Assembly: GCA_946965045.2 (NCBI GenBank)
Contig: OX337230.1
Location: 1,612,001-1,676,000 of the forward strand
Origin: Epithemia pelagica
Taxonomy: Eukaryota; Protista; Bacillariophyta
Direction: 5' to 3'
Length of the DNA: 64,000 bases
In this document: positions 30,624 to 40,855 of the stretch, piece after piece
Position numbering within the stretch: the stretch's first letter is position 1
How the letters are laid out: the number at the start of each line of letters is the position of its first letter
Notes under the pieces: generated by a model
Seen by the model: only the letters and a program-made list of their open reading frames with translations
The model's database searches: none
What the model was told of the DNA's origin: nothing
Made by a program: the position numbers and the translations under genes

Positions 30624-32705
30624 ATGGATCATGATCGCCATGCAATCGAAGCGGAGGAAGATGGGAGCAATTCATCTAGAGGAATGCAAGTGGAAGGGAT
30701 AAGTGACGATGTGATGAGAACGGATGACGAGAATGACGAGATGGCAACCAGTCCTCCTCCCGCGAGAGAACATTCCTATTTTCCAGGCGCTTCGCATCCC
30801 TTACACAGTGCAACCGTGACGAACCTACCTACCGGTGTCTCCTCCAATGTCATGAAGTCAAGATCTCTGTTCTCACGTGCTAGATGCGAAGAATTGTTTG
30901 ACTTGGTCGTCATTGAACTACCCGGTGTTGTGCTTGTTCCAGGGATGACAATCCCCCTTCGATTGGAGGAACCAGGTTCGTTCGAATCATCCTCCGGTTT
31001 CTGGATGCTTCATCGCCAGATTCAAGACAGCCGGAGAGCACCAGGTCAAGCAGATACAGTCCAGGTAGGAGTGTTGACCAGACTGGATCCATCGGAGGAG
31101 ACAGGTGAGTTGCTTTCAACAACGCGTGGTGGCAGAGTTGACAGCAATCAGAGCATTCGGCGGAGAAGATCTTCTTGGATGAGACGAAGATTTGGACCCG
31201 AACGATTGCGTCGATTTTCGGAACAACTCATTCAAGAAATGGGTGATATTCAAGCCTTCTTGGAGGAGGTTGAATCTGTGGATGAGGCTTTTGGGGCTGA
31301 CGATACAATTCCACCACAACCTCCTCCAGAACCGCGAACGCGCAGACAACGCAGAACCACCTTTGACAATCGCCGGGTTGTTCAACGAGAAATGGGTGAC
31401 AACGACAACGGTGAGGACGACGAAGGTCCATCTGAAGAAACATCTCCTGGCGAAGTAGCTTTCCTTCACCGCCGAAGATCCTCATCTCGAAATAACGGAA
31501 ACAACAACAACAACAGCGCGGTCAACCGACAGAGCGATCCCTATGCTGATCGGATTGGCACTTTGGCTACGGTGACATGTACCCACGGCGATGAGGATGA
31601 TGTGCTGGGAAGACGAAGTGTTGATTCTATGGGGAATGGTCCCCGTTCACGAGTATCGCTGCTTCTAACAGCGGTGGGGACTGGTAGATTCCGCATTCCT
31701 TGTCGCGACACTGCTCGAAACGAAACATCTACTTCACGTTCGGCAGTTGATTCTGTTCACAATGACCCATTCAACCATTTACGAATATTTGTTAGGACGG
31801 TGCAGGAGTGGTCCGAAGAACGAATTCCGGCGCTTCCCTTGCATGGGAGTTTTCCTGTTGTCTCTGCAGGTCCACGAAGGAAATATGACATGGCAACTCT
31901 TGCGTCAGTTTCGGCATGGCCTGAGCACGTCTATCGCAGTCATTGGCCGTGGAATTTGATGCGTGCTCTTAAAAGACGGATGGCTGCAGTGCCAACTTTG
32001 AAGGAGATCCTTACGACTCAAGAAGAGAATGTCCCTGACGACCCATTCCGTTTCTCTTACTGGTTAGCCATGAACCTTCCGCTCTCGGAACACGAGCGAT
32101 TAAAAGTTCTACAATCTCCCACAGTGACTGAAAGGCTACGGTGGTTCTTATGTCTCGCTCTGTTTGATGTTGTGCCCCCAGAAGATGAAGACGACGGACG
32201 AAACCAGGACGACCTTGCGGATGCCAGCGATTGCAAGGATTTTATTTGCAAGTCTTGCCAAATCCCTATTGCCCAGGCCAGTCATTTGTTTACTCTGGGT
32301 GGTGCAGAGGGAACAGTCGGAAACTACGTCAATGAATTTGGTGTCGTTCATGCAACAATGACCGTGCGTCAAGTTGACCAGAACGAAGTAATACTCACTG
32401 GGCGACCAGAAACGAAAAACTCATGGTTTCCTGGGTACGCATGGACCATTATGAGTTGTGCTCTCTGTTATTCACATTTAGGCTGGAAATTTACACGGGC
32501 CGGAGACAGCACTCCAGTTTCTACCATGCGACCAGAACTATTTTATGGATTGTCAGCCAGCGGAATCACGCTAACGACCAATATGCACCGCCACAGACAA
32601 GTCCCATCTTCTCGTCATCATCCATCTGATCGTCGACGAGCCACTGCACGCCGAACCCAAGGTACTGCTGTGAGAATGCCGACTCCAACCAATGCAGGTA
32701 CATGA
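30624..32705 (+). CDS. CRBN: Cereblon homolog (LON-N domain plus CULT domain), 693 aa
   Basis: LPGVVLVPGMTIPL, FSYWLAMNLPL...ERLKVLQ. CULT CKSC, YVNEFGVVH, SWFPGYAWTIMSCALCYSHLGWKFT (three Trp and four Zn-binding Cys). Confidence 0.9.
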   Translation: MDHDRHAIEAEEDGSNSSRGMQVEGISDDVMRTDDENDEMATSPPPAREHSYFPGASHPLHSATVTNLPTGVSSNVMKSRSLFSRARCEELFDLVVIELPGVVLVPGMTIPLRLEEPGSFESSSGFWMLHRQIQDSRRAPGQADTVQVGVLTRLDPSEETGELLSTTRGGRVDSNQSIRRRRSSWMRRRFGPERLRRFSEQLIQEMGDIQAFLEEVESVDEAFGADDTIPPQPPPEPRTRRQRRTTFDNRRVVQREMGDNDNGEDDEGPSEETSPGEVAFLHRRRSSSRNNGNNNNNSAVNRQSDPYADRIGTLATVTCTHGDEDDVLGRRSVDSMGNGPRSRVSLLLTAVGTGRFRIPCRDTARNETSTSRSAVDSVHNDPFNHLRIFVRTVQEWSEERIPALPLHGSFPVVSAGPRRKYDMATLASVSAWPEHVYRSHWPWNLMRALKRRMAAVPTLKEILTTQEENVPDDPFRFSYWLAMNLPLSEHERLKVLQSPTVTERLRWFLCLALFDVVPPEDEDDGRNQDDLADASDCKDFICKSCQIPIAQASHLFTLGGAEGTVGNYVNEFGVVHATMTVRQVDQNEVILTGRPETKNSWFPGYAWTIMSCALCYSHLGWKFTRAGDSTPVSTMRPELFYGLSASGITLTTNMHRHRQVPSSRHHPSDRRRATARRTQGTAVRMPTPTNAGT

Positions 32706-32846
32706 ATGCTTTCGGTACAGTTTTCAAAGAAGGTGATAACACTTTGGACACGAACTTTGTGAAGAGCTTCAATCGGAGGTTTGAACAACTTGCATTTTCG
32801 TATCATATACATACATGAAAGAACGATCACTGTGATGATCGGAGCG

Positions 32847-34059
32847 TCAGCTTCCCGTGTCAGCAAGTGCCTCGGTCTCTTGAGACGAGAAAACAACATG
32901 AACAGGTTCATTATTGGTTTCTGGATAGAGCACATAGTGTTGAAAACAAAAGATGACATCAAACACAATGGATGCTTGTCCCAAAAGCAGTTTGGGAATG
33001 TTGCCGGTGAGACCCGAGAAATCATCCAGAGCCACACAGTCAAGAACAAGTTGAAGATTGGATAAGAGACCACCCGTCAAGTCCAGTAGTATTTGCCAGA
33101 TTGACTACACAGATCGAGGTTCAAAGGCGTGTTAGAGAGAACAGGAGGTAGTATGAGTTTGAAGAGGCATTTTTCAACAAGACGGATGTACTTACCCAAC
33201 CTCTGGTAGATCGTCGTTTCCAGTTTAATATGACCTGCGGCATATACTTGACCAGTGTCACAATGATTTTACAGAGAGATAGAACATAAATATAGTCCAG
33301 CCAATTGAAGAATGAATTGTCCAAGGCACTCAACAAAGCACCCACAACACCGACAACGACGAGGGTCCCAATTAAAGCCAGAATAAAGGGTGACATTTGA
33401 TGGGGGTGGATTCCATCATAGCACAAAATTTGAAACAAGGTAATGCACGACAATGTCAAGGCATGGATCGCAAACGCAACATCATTGGATTGGACGGGGA
33501 TTTGAGCATCCTGACCATAGCGTTCGCGATATAACGCTTGCACAGAAGAACTTCCATAGAGAGCCAAGTTAAAGATGGAGTAATAAGTAAAACCCAAAAC
33601 ATTGAGGGAGCAAAATTCAACCGAGAGGCCCGATGTCGTTCTCCTCCGGAAGTTTGTAATGACTTGTGGGTAAAAGCTAACCGACCACGCAAAGAAATAG
33701 GTGAAACCCAAGCAGGAGGATACAGTAGCATAACTTTCCGTCGGAAACTTGGAGTCTTTGGGCATTACTAGCCCCAGGAGCGATCCACAGAAGAAGATAG
33801 AGATCAACCCCATTATGATGGAGACAGCGTTGCCTTGCTCGTCAATAACTGGAGAGAGCAGAAGCGTAAAGATCTGGCGAACGGAAATTGATGGTCCGTT
33901 GACATAAGATGAATCATGATCTTCTTCCATTTCTCCAGTAGGCCCGACGCTGGCTTCGGAACGGTCAGAGAAAGAGCGGATGTGTTCTTCGCCGGATTCT
34001 TGGAGCAGAGGAGTCTCCCTATCGGAATCACCCGGTAACACCGTATTTGATACGGCCAT
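32847..34059 (-). CDS. CTNS: Cystinosin (PQ-loop lysosomal/vacuolar cystine transporter); exons 34059-33196 and 33104-32847
   Basis: YFFAWSVSFYPQ, SGLSVEF..LNVLGF, VQSNDVAFAIHA, KYMPQVILNWKRRSTRGW|SIWQILLDLTGG, FDVIFCFQHYVLY. 91-nt GT-AG intron. N-terminal ETPLL dileucine-like signal. Confidence 0.9.
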
Positions 34060-34316
34060 GGTTGTTTTGTCACGATGGTGATGAAGCACAAGAAAAGAGG
34101 ATCGGAGTGCGACCAAAGACTGACAGACGGATGGACCGTTGGTGGTTCTTGTGTTCTGTTGGAGCTTCGTACAATAGGAACGCAACATCATCAATCATCA
34201 TATCCAAATCCAAAATCCAAAGATCTCTTTGGATCACGGAACACGCACGAAATCCTTTTGTTCCCCTATTTACCATCGTCTCACTTTCCTGTTGCGGTTT
34301 GAAGAAGAGAGGCGAA

Positions 34317-35477
34317 ATGGGATTCCTTAGAGCCTTGGTGAGATTCACGTTCACTCGGATTGTTCCAATCTGTGTTTTGCTTGCAGCCCTTTTTCTGCGA
34401 TGGCTGAACACTTCCACGCCCATCCCAGAAGGCAAGTTCTTTGCCACAATTTTCCCTATTTTGAAAGGGATATGGCCGGCCACCATTGTGGGTCATGGGA
34501 AAATGCCGGGGACGCCACCAGTGCCAGATGATATGACACCCGAGCCTCGTCCTGAAAATGAGGTTTTGTTGGAACTTCCAGGAGGGCATCAAATTCCGCA
34601 AAATGGAATTGGAATGTGTTGTCGGCCAACGGCATACGATGACGTTCTCGTGGAACGAACGGTCCTCTGGTTCCTTTTGCTGGGGGGTCGTCATATTGAT
34701 GGTGCTCACATTTATCTCAACCACAAAGCGATTGGCAAAGGCATTAAAGAAGCCATTCGGCGAGGTGTGCCACGAAGTGAAATCTTTTTCACAACCAAGT
34801 TGTTCCCTACATTTTTTGGATACAATTCGACCTTGGAAATCGTCCCTACCTGGCTCAAAGAAACTGGATTGGACTATATCGACCTTGTTTTGATGCATGC
34901 TCCTATTCATCCAGCAGACGCACTTCTAGGAACATCGAAGGAGTGTAACAAGCTGCGATTGTCCAAGAAGAAATGTCGCCAAGTGACGTGGAAGGCCTTA
35001 TCTGAACTACGCGCACGTGGTGTCATGCGCAATGTCGGTGTCAGCAACTTTGTGGCCAACCAACTCACGGATTTAACTGAAATGGAAAATGTGGCTCCAA
35101 TCGCCAACAACCAAATCATGTTTAACCCTTTCCTTTCCAATGACTGGCTGGAAACAGTGGAGTTTTGTCACGAACATGGGATTGTGATTACTGGGTATAA
35201 TAGTTTGGGAGGAGCCTTGCAGCATCACGAAGCAAAAACTGTCGAGACCCTCACTAAATTGTCCGAGAAATATAAGAGAAGCGTGGCCCAAATCATGCTG
35301 CGATGGGCCATGCAGAAAAATGTGGTTGTGATTCCGGGAACAGGGAACCCGAATTATATGAGGGAAAATTTGTCCATTTATGCTTTTGAACTGTCTCCAG
35401 AAGATATGGATTCTATTGATCGACTCAGGAAATCTGAAGAATCGGGGAAGTTCATGTCCACGCCCAAGCTGGAGTAA
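34317..35477 (+). CDS. Aldo-keto reductase with N-terminal membrane anchor (386 aa)
   Basis: GRHIDGAHIY (D,Y), EIFFTTKL (K), LDYIDLVLMHAP (H), VGVSNF, NNQIMFNP, AQIMLRW. Confidence 0.9.
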   Translation: MGFLRALVRFTFTRIVPICVLLAALFLRWLNTSTPIPEGKFFATIFPILKGIWPATIVGHGKMPGTPPVPDDMTPEPRPENEVLLELPGGHQIPQNGIGMCCRPTAYDDVLVERTVLWFLLLGGRHIDGAHIYLNHKAIGKGIKEAIRRGVPRSEIFFTTKLFPTFFGYNSTLEIVPTWLKETGLDYIDLVLMHAPIHPADALLGTSKECNKLRLSKKKCRQVTWKALSELRARGVMRNVGVSNFVANQLTDLTEMENVAPIANNQIMFNPFLSNDWLETVEFCHEHGIVITGYNSLGGALQHHEAKTVETLTKLSEKYKRSVAQIMLRWAMQKNVVVIPGTGNPNYMRENLSIYAFELSPEDMDSIDRLRKSEESGKFMSTPKLE

Positions 35478-35745
35478 CTGAACTTGGAGAGTGCGCTTAC
35501 TAGAGATAAGACTAGACTTGATTTACAACTAGCAGTCCTCTGTTGCATCAGCAATATTCAAAATCGTCTCAATGATTGAGGTGCCGCTTCGTTTACAGCA
35601 CCATATCATTTGTGCCCTAAACAGACGACGATGATGATACGGAACTTCACAAGAGGTACTAAAATCAAGCTTTGGATAAGTCAGCGATAAAACAGCCACG
35701 AGTGATGCATAGAGAGGGTGCTATATGGCTCCCACTACTACTCTA

Positions 35746-37171
35746 CTAGTAGGGAGGTGAGGAAATTCCAGGTTTTGAGCTCGGTGCAATAAGAACATCA
35801 TGAAACAAACACCCTCCCAGTCGTTGTATATCATCCAAGTGCCAAACTTGTGCACATTTCTGTTGAGCTTCTTGGTATAGAGGGGAGAAAACCAGTGACA
35901 AAATATATAGAACCAGAAGGCGATGCATCCACAACAATACATTGGAACAAGTGCAACAGGCCCCTCCATCCTCGACACCCTGATGGTTCTTTTTTTTGCG
36001 GAGAGACTTCCGTTGCATGGTAAGACAGGCGAGCTGGCTATCGGCGGAGGCGCTTCTGGCATGAATCATGACACCATCCTCTTCTTCTCCTTGCAGCAAG
36101 GACGGAATGGAAGAGAAGGGTCGCGTGGCGATGCAAGTTACTGGTAGGTCATGGACTTCCGGGAATTTTTTGAGTTGTTTCCAGGCCTCGACGCTCCATA
36201 ATATTATGGATCCATCCACACTTCCTAACGCCAATAGCGATAAGTCTGCCGACAAGGACATGGCTGATATTGGACAGTCGCTACACTGATCTTTGGATAC
36301 ACAGGCGAACTTTGTAACTCCATCTTGGTCCTGTTGCTCCTCCCATTGCGCCAAGTACGCTTTCCCCCGACGTGCGGACGCAACAGTGTAGCACAATCTA
36401 CCTTCCATATCACCAAAGGCACAGCCCCGAACCAAGATTTGAACAGCGCGCTTTGGCTTGGGTTGTTTCGGATCGGCCGGAACCGAGCAACGCAAACCAG
36501 CTATCATGTTGCCATCCTCCCAAATGCAAGCGGTTCCATCCTTCGAGGACGATATTACGCGACCCAGTTTGCGAATTGCATAATCTAGAGCGCACACAGC
36601 ATTTGTATGTCCATCCAACACGTAAAGAGGCTCAGTTTTACCGAACTCGTCATCAGAAGTGTCATAGATTAGGACCTTCCCACTTTCACATCCTAAGGCA
36701 ATTTGGCTCCCAATAGAGTTGGCAGCAACGGCGAGACAACTTTCATTCGCAATGGTGATCGACTCGTAATTTTCCTCCATTCCTTCGTCCTCGAGATCCA
36801 CGCCATATCTTCGAATTTCTGATCCCAGCCCTACCATCAGCCAAAGTTTGCCGGAGATGGGATTCTGATAGATACGAAGAGATGAGGCTGCATTGTCACC
36901 GGTTGATAATTGACGCGGTCCATTCTTTTCTCCAAATATGACGACGCTGTTTTTAACACCAGTTTTGGCTGAACCTCCACCTCCACAATAGGCAATAATC
37001 GATCTTCCACCTTCCGATGGCTCGGCAAACCAACTAATTGCAAAAACAGGGAAAGCTTTACAATGGAGGAGGAAACTGTGAGACCTAATCCTACGCCTTT
37101 CCTAGTCATCAGAGGACGCATTGGCGCTCACCTAGCGGTTCAATGCGGCTTGGTGCAGATGGAGGAGGCAT
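35746..37171 (-). CDS. SEC12: SEC12/PREB-like Sar1 guanine-nucleotide exchange factor (WD40 plus C-terminal TM); exons 37171-37132 and 37055-35746
   Basis: The in-frame region upstream of the ORF-track start encodes FPVFAISW...GGGGSAKTGVKN (Sec12 K-loop). WD40 blades (HTNAVCAL, GSVDGSIILW, HDLPVTCI), TM near the C-terminus, 76-nt GT-AG intron. Confidence 0.85.
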
Positions 37172-37683
37172 GGTGCTTGGTGCTTCGTCTCGATTTTGTT
37201 GTGTTGGAAAAACCACAAACGCAAAACGCCGACTACTCCTAATATTTTGAGTCATGGCTTTTGAGTCGTGTGCTAGGCGGTGTTATGGTATCTACCCCGC
37301 GAAGCCAAAGCATCTCCGTTCCACTTCTACTTCTAGCCCTAGGAGTTTGATCTTGCTGACAATCCATGGACATGAAACAATCACGACACCGTTTGTTCCA
37401 TACAATGTGCATGTGCGAATGACATTGTACTATTGGTTTTGGTTATCTATGCTGTAAAAGCCAAGTCTCTACAAATCCAAACAAGAGTGGCCATTCCATT
37501 CAGAGAGTACAAGTTTTGTCACCGCCTGGGCACCTGGGCACGGATACATAGCGCCTCGATACTCCTAAAAATGTCAATACGTCCTTTCTCCGAGTTGCCA
37601 TTGATGCTTCCATCATACAGCGGATTGAGCTGTTTCCTTCTTCCACGATTGCAACCATTTGGAACGCAGCCACGAACGTGTTG

Positions 37684-38985
37684 TTACCATTGTCCCAAAA
37701 CATCGAGAGCCTCGGCAACCCCATCCCGCGTCAATTCAAGCCGTCCCTGAGTTGCCAATAATGCTTCGTTGACAGCGGATATAAATTCGTCTCCTCCCTC
37801 GATTCCGAGCATTTGGAACGCATCATCATACACCCAAAACATTTTGTAATCGTGGGTGGGATCTTTCTTCAAACAGTAATCAGGACCCACCATGCCATGG
37901 TTCAGGAGCAGTTGGTGCAAGATCAATGACTCTTTTTCGGATACAAAGCTGATACGTTTTGACAGAAACGTGGGTGTGATTCGTTGTTGTGATGCCCAGA
38001 CATAGCGTGCAAGGTCATCTTGAGAACCTTTGTTTTCCTCCAACACTTGTTCAATCTCTCGCTTGAAAGGCTTCTCGTTTTCTTGTACAATAAAGACAGT
38101 TTTGATTCCAGGATTCAGTTTAGACCCAACATTTTCAACAATAATTCCGTCCAATGGAATCGGTTCTCCATTGTCACCCATGGAAGCTTCAAATGCCTGT
38201 GGTAAGTGTGAAGCAAGGACATTCGCGCCAGCGGAGGACCCAAAGGCCAATAGTTTCATGCGGCTGTTCGAGGAAGTTGTAGCGAGTTTTTGAATCCGGG
38301 AATGAACATGTTGAAGCACTTGCGCAATGCGTGGTGCATCTGTAGGAGCCCAGCATCCACTTGGACCTTCCGGCAACGCCACAACCATCATCCCACGGTC
38401 GAGTGCCAATTGACGGATGGCTTGAGATTCCGGTGAACGAAGAGTTAAGGAAGGAAACCAGTCATGAACTTTGTACCCGCATTCATGAGCCAAAAAAATA
38501 ATGGCGCTGGGAGACTTGATTTGGGGTAGTTGAAAGTAAAACTCATTTCCAGAAACCTGATCCTTTTGAACAGGGTTTCCGGCTTTCGCAATTTTGATCA
38601 AATGACGCAGCAAGTCTTCATCTGACATTGTTGTCCAATCCAATGATTCAGAAGAAAAGAAGGGTGACTTCGCTTGCTCAACAGTACCACCATTGGCCAT
38701 TGAGTCGATAGCAGCCGTCCCCTGTCCAATTGCATTTGTGCCATGGTGTGGAAGGGGACCACGCAAGAACGTGTTCAGTTCCCTTTGGATACTTGTGTAA
38801 TGAGACAGTAAAGCCTGTGAGGAACTGAAACGGAGTCCACCAAAGCAAAAAATGACACCGGAGCTGACAATGCCGGCAAACACAACACGGAGAGCAAACT
38901 TTCGGTCCGGATTTGAGTTCTGAAACTGACGTTTCTTCTGGTAGAACTTGTGGGAATACAAATCCATGGCGAGTTCTTTGTCCAT
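37684..38985 (-). CDS. Type II membrane alpha/beta-hydrolase-fold-like protein (433 aa)
   Basis: N-terminal TM, IIFLAHECG...DWF, nucleophile elbow LLAFGSSAGA (GxSxG). Confidence 0.55.
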   Translation of the reverse strand: MDKELAMDLYSHKFYQKKRQFQNSNPDRKFALRVVFAGIVSSGVIFCFGGLRFSSSQALLSHYTSIQRELNTFLRGPLPHHGTNAIGQGTAAIDSMANGGTVEQAKSPFFSSESLDWTTMSDEDLLRHLIKIAKAGNPVQKDQVSGNEFYFQLPQIKSPSAIIFLAHECGYKVHDWFPSLTLRSPESQAIRQLALDRGMMVVALPEGPSGCWAPTDAPRIAQVLQHVHSRIQKLATTSSNSRMKLLAFGSSAGANVLASHLPQAFEASMGDNGEPIPLDGIIVENVGSKLNPGIKTVFIVQENEKPFKREIEQVLEENKGSQDDLARYVWASQQRITPTFLSKRISFVSEKESLILHQLLLNHGMVGPDYCLKKDPTHDYKMFWVYDDAFQMLGIEGGDEFISAVNEALLATQGRLELTRDGVAEALDVLGQW

Positions 38986-39147
38986 CGTTCTGGATAGTGT
39001 CGTTTACTATCGGCGAAGAGCTCAAGCGCTCAGAGTGCTTCAACTTTTTTGTGAGACCAGTTTTCATGCCTCCAGGTTTGTGTCGAAAAAGGAAAAGGGG
39101 TTGGGTTTTGACAACATTAGATGGTGTTCGATTGTCACGAACGTTCG

Positions 39148-39262
39148 TCAAGCAAGATGGGTTTTGTTTTTGTTTTGTATCGATGTCCATCCCATCACAT
39201 CCATCAAGCAAGATGGGTTTCGTTTTTGTTTTGTATCCGTATATCGATATCCATCACATCCA
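39148..39262. repeat. Imperfect tandem duplication, 56-bp period
   Basis: TCAAGCAAGATGGGTTT(T/C)GTTTTTGTTTTGTATC at 39148 and 39204, with CATCACATCCA repeated downstream of each. Confidence 0.8.
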
Positions 39263-39781
39263 CATGCTCTCGAATTATGAGACTGAGACCTTCCCGCATT
39301 TCTTGAGCTACCCAACCAGATTTCATGCACGACATCAAAAATCTGTTAAGTCAGGTAGCTACTCGGACATTTCACGAGCAAGACTAAAAGATGATTGGGA
39401 ACTCCACGGGACCCACCCTATCTATTTTTGAGCCAGGACCAAAACTACTATGAAACACAAAAACTGCAATAGCGCGACATGCGTGTCAATTGGATCCGGA
39501 TGCCGAACCCCAATCCGAGCTGTGGGTGGGAAAAGCTAGGCCCACCAAATTTTGGTGAGCAATCCCAAATTGTAGTGCCGTGGCAGTCGCCCGGCGCTAC
39601 CGATTCCCGAAGGATTTTCGGCACGATCGGCTTCACAAGATTGTGAACGGAGACTTTTGGGTGCCAAACCACCAGCCAAACAAGGCGAGAGGTACCGACA
39701 ACTTATTTCGCACACATACACCCACGTCAAGGTGTGTGATGTTGAGATAGTCGTAGTAGAGATCTTTGCGGTGCATTGAAA

Positions 39782-40855
39782 ATGGTGCGATTCGCAAGAT
39801 TTCGGACGCGATCGGTACCTCGTTCATCGCTTCCGGTGAGGGGTCCATCCTCTCATGCGCCGACCAAGCCAGTTCCGGCACCCTCAATAGACGAAGGAGA
39901 TGAAGAAGAGGAAGTTGTGGAGACGAGAAAATTGAGTGATCTGAGCGTGTTGATCGATAGGCAACGGGAGCTTGCCGTCGAGGAAAAAGAGCTTCAAGCA
40001 ATTGTGAGCAAAGTTGATTCTGCTCATGAACGCGATCGATATCATATTGACGATGAAGAGGACATCAATCTCAACGTCAATATTGTTGTGGCGAAGAACA
40101 GAACTTCCAGTAGCAAAAACTCGGTCACTCGGCCAGTCAGGGCCCGTACCAACAGCCTCAATAAAGGGAGCGAATCCCGGAACAGCAACAACAAGGAGCC
40201 ATTGTGGAAGCGTAGATTAAAGAAAGTCAAGAACGAAGAAAACAATGCACCTGATGAAAGTCCGAGCAGTTCGCCTAAAGGAGCAACGCACTCACGCCGA
40301 GCCGTATCCCCAAATCAGTCATCTCGCGTCTTGGATACTGCGAATATGCCAAAGTCAGCTACTGAGCAACAGCTGGAATCTCGATTCCCGGAGACGCCGA
40401 CAAGGAAAGATGATGAAACTGAAGAATCAAATGAAGATCAAAAGGATATTTACAACCCGACGAAAACATCTCTGGCCGACGCTGAACCCACGGCAGATGA
40501 CTTTACATTAGCAACGCCTTCCGTGTACACCGAATCTACAAATCCGGTTTCTGTGGGAAGTCCCAGGATAGACGAAGAGGATGACGACGACGATGATGAT
40601 CGAAATCGTCATGGGCGGTATCAACAGAATCCTGATAGTGTAAGTAGTCTAGGGGACGACGAAGTGACAATGGAAGACAGGGCACAATGTTCAGTTGCAC
40701 TCCTTGCAAATGATGCCTTTACGTCAGCTGCAATCATGATATTACAATGCAATGAACAGTGTGCCGACGAAGGCTTAATACAAGGGGACAACTACAATAA
40801 CAGAAGGGGGAAGAGGGGCAGGCGTAGACATAATGGACATTTGGAGAACAAGTGA
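39782..40855 (+). CDS. Hypothetical low-complexity S/E/D/R-rich protein with short coiled coil (357 aa)
   Basis: Long ORF with disordered composition and LIDRQRELAVEEKELQAIV heptads. No catalytic domain seen. Confidence 0.45.
   Translation: MVRFARFRTRSVPRSSLPVRGPSSHAPTKPVPAPSIDEGDEEEEVVETRKLSDLSVLIDRQRELAVEEKELQAIVSKVDSAHERDRYHIDDEEDINLNVNIVVAKNRTSSSKNSVTRPVRARTNSLNKGSESRNSNNKEPLWKRRLKKVKNEENNAPDESPSSSPKGATHSRRAVSPNQSSRVLDTANMPKSATEQQLESRFPETPTRKDDETEESNEDQKDIYNPTKTSLADAEPTADDFTLATPSVYTESTNPVSVGSPRIDEEDDDDDDDRNRHGRYQQNPDSVSSLGDDEVTMEDRAQCSVALLANDAFTSAAIMILQCNEQCADEGLIQGDNYNNRRGKRGRRRHNGHLENK

Noticed and set aside
39524-39630. Short hairpins (GGTGGG/CCCACC and nested CCGA/TCGG stems) as a possible ncRNA
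   Set aside because: Stems of 5-6 bp are expected by chance, and there are no recognisable snoRNA or snRNA boxes.
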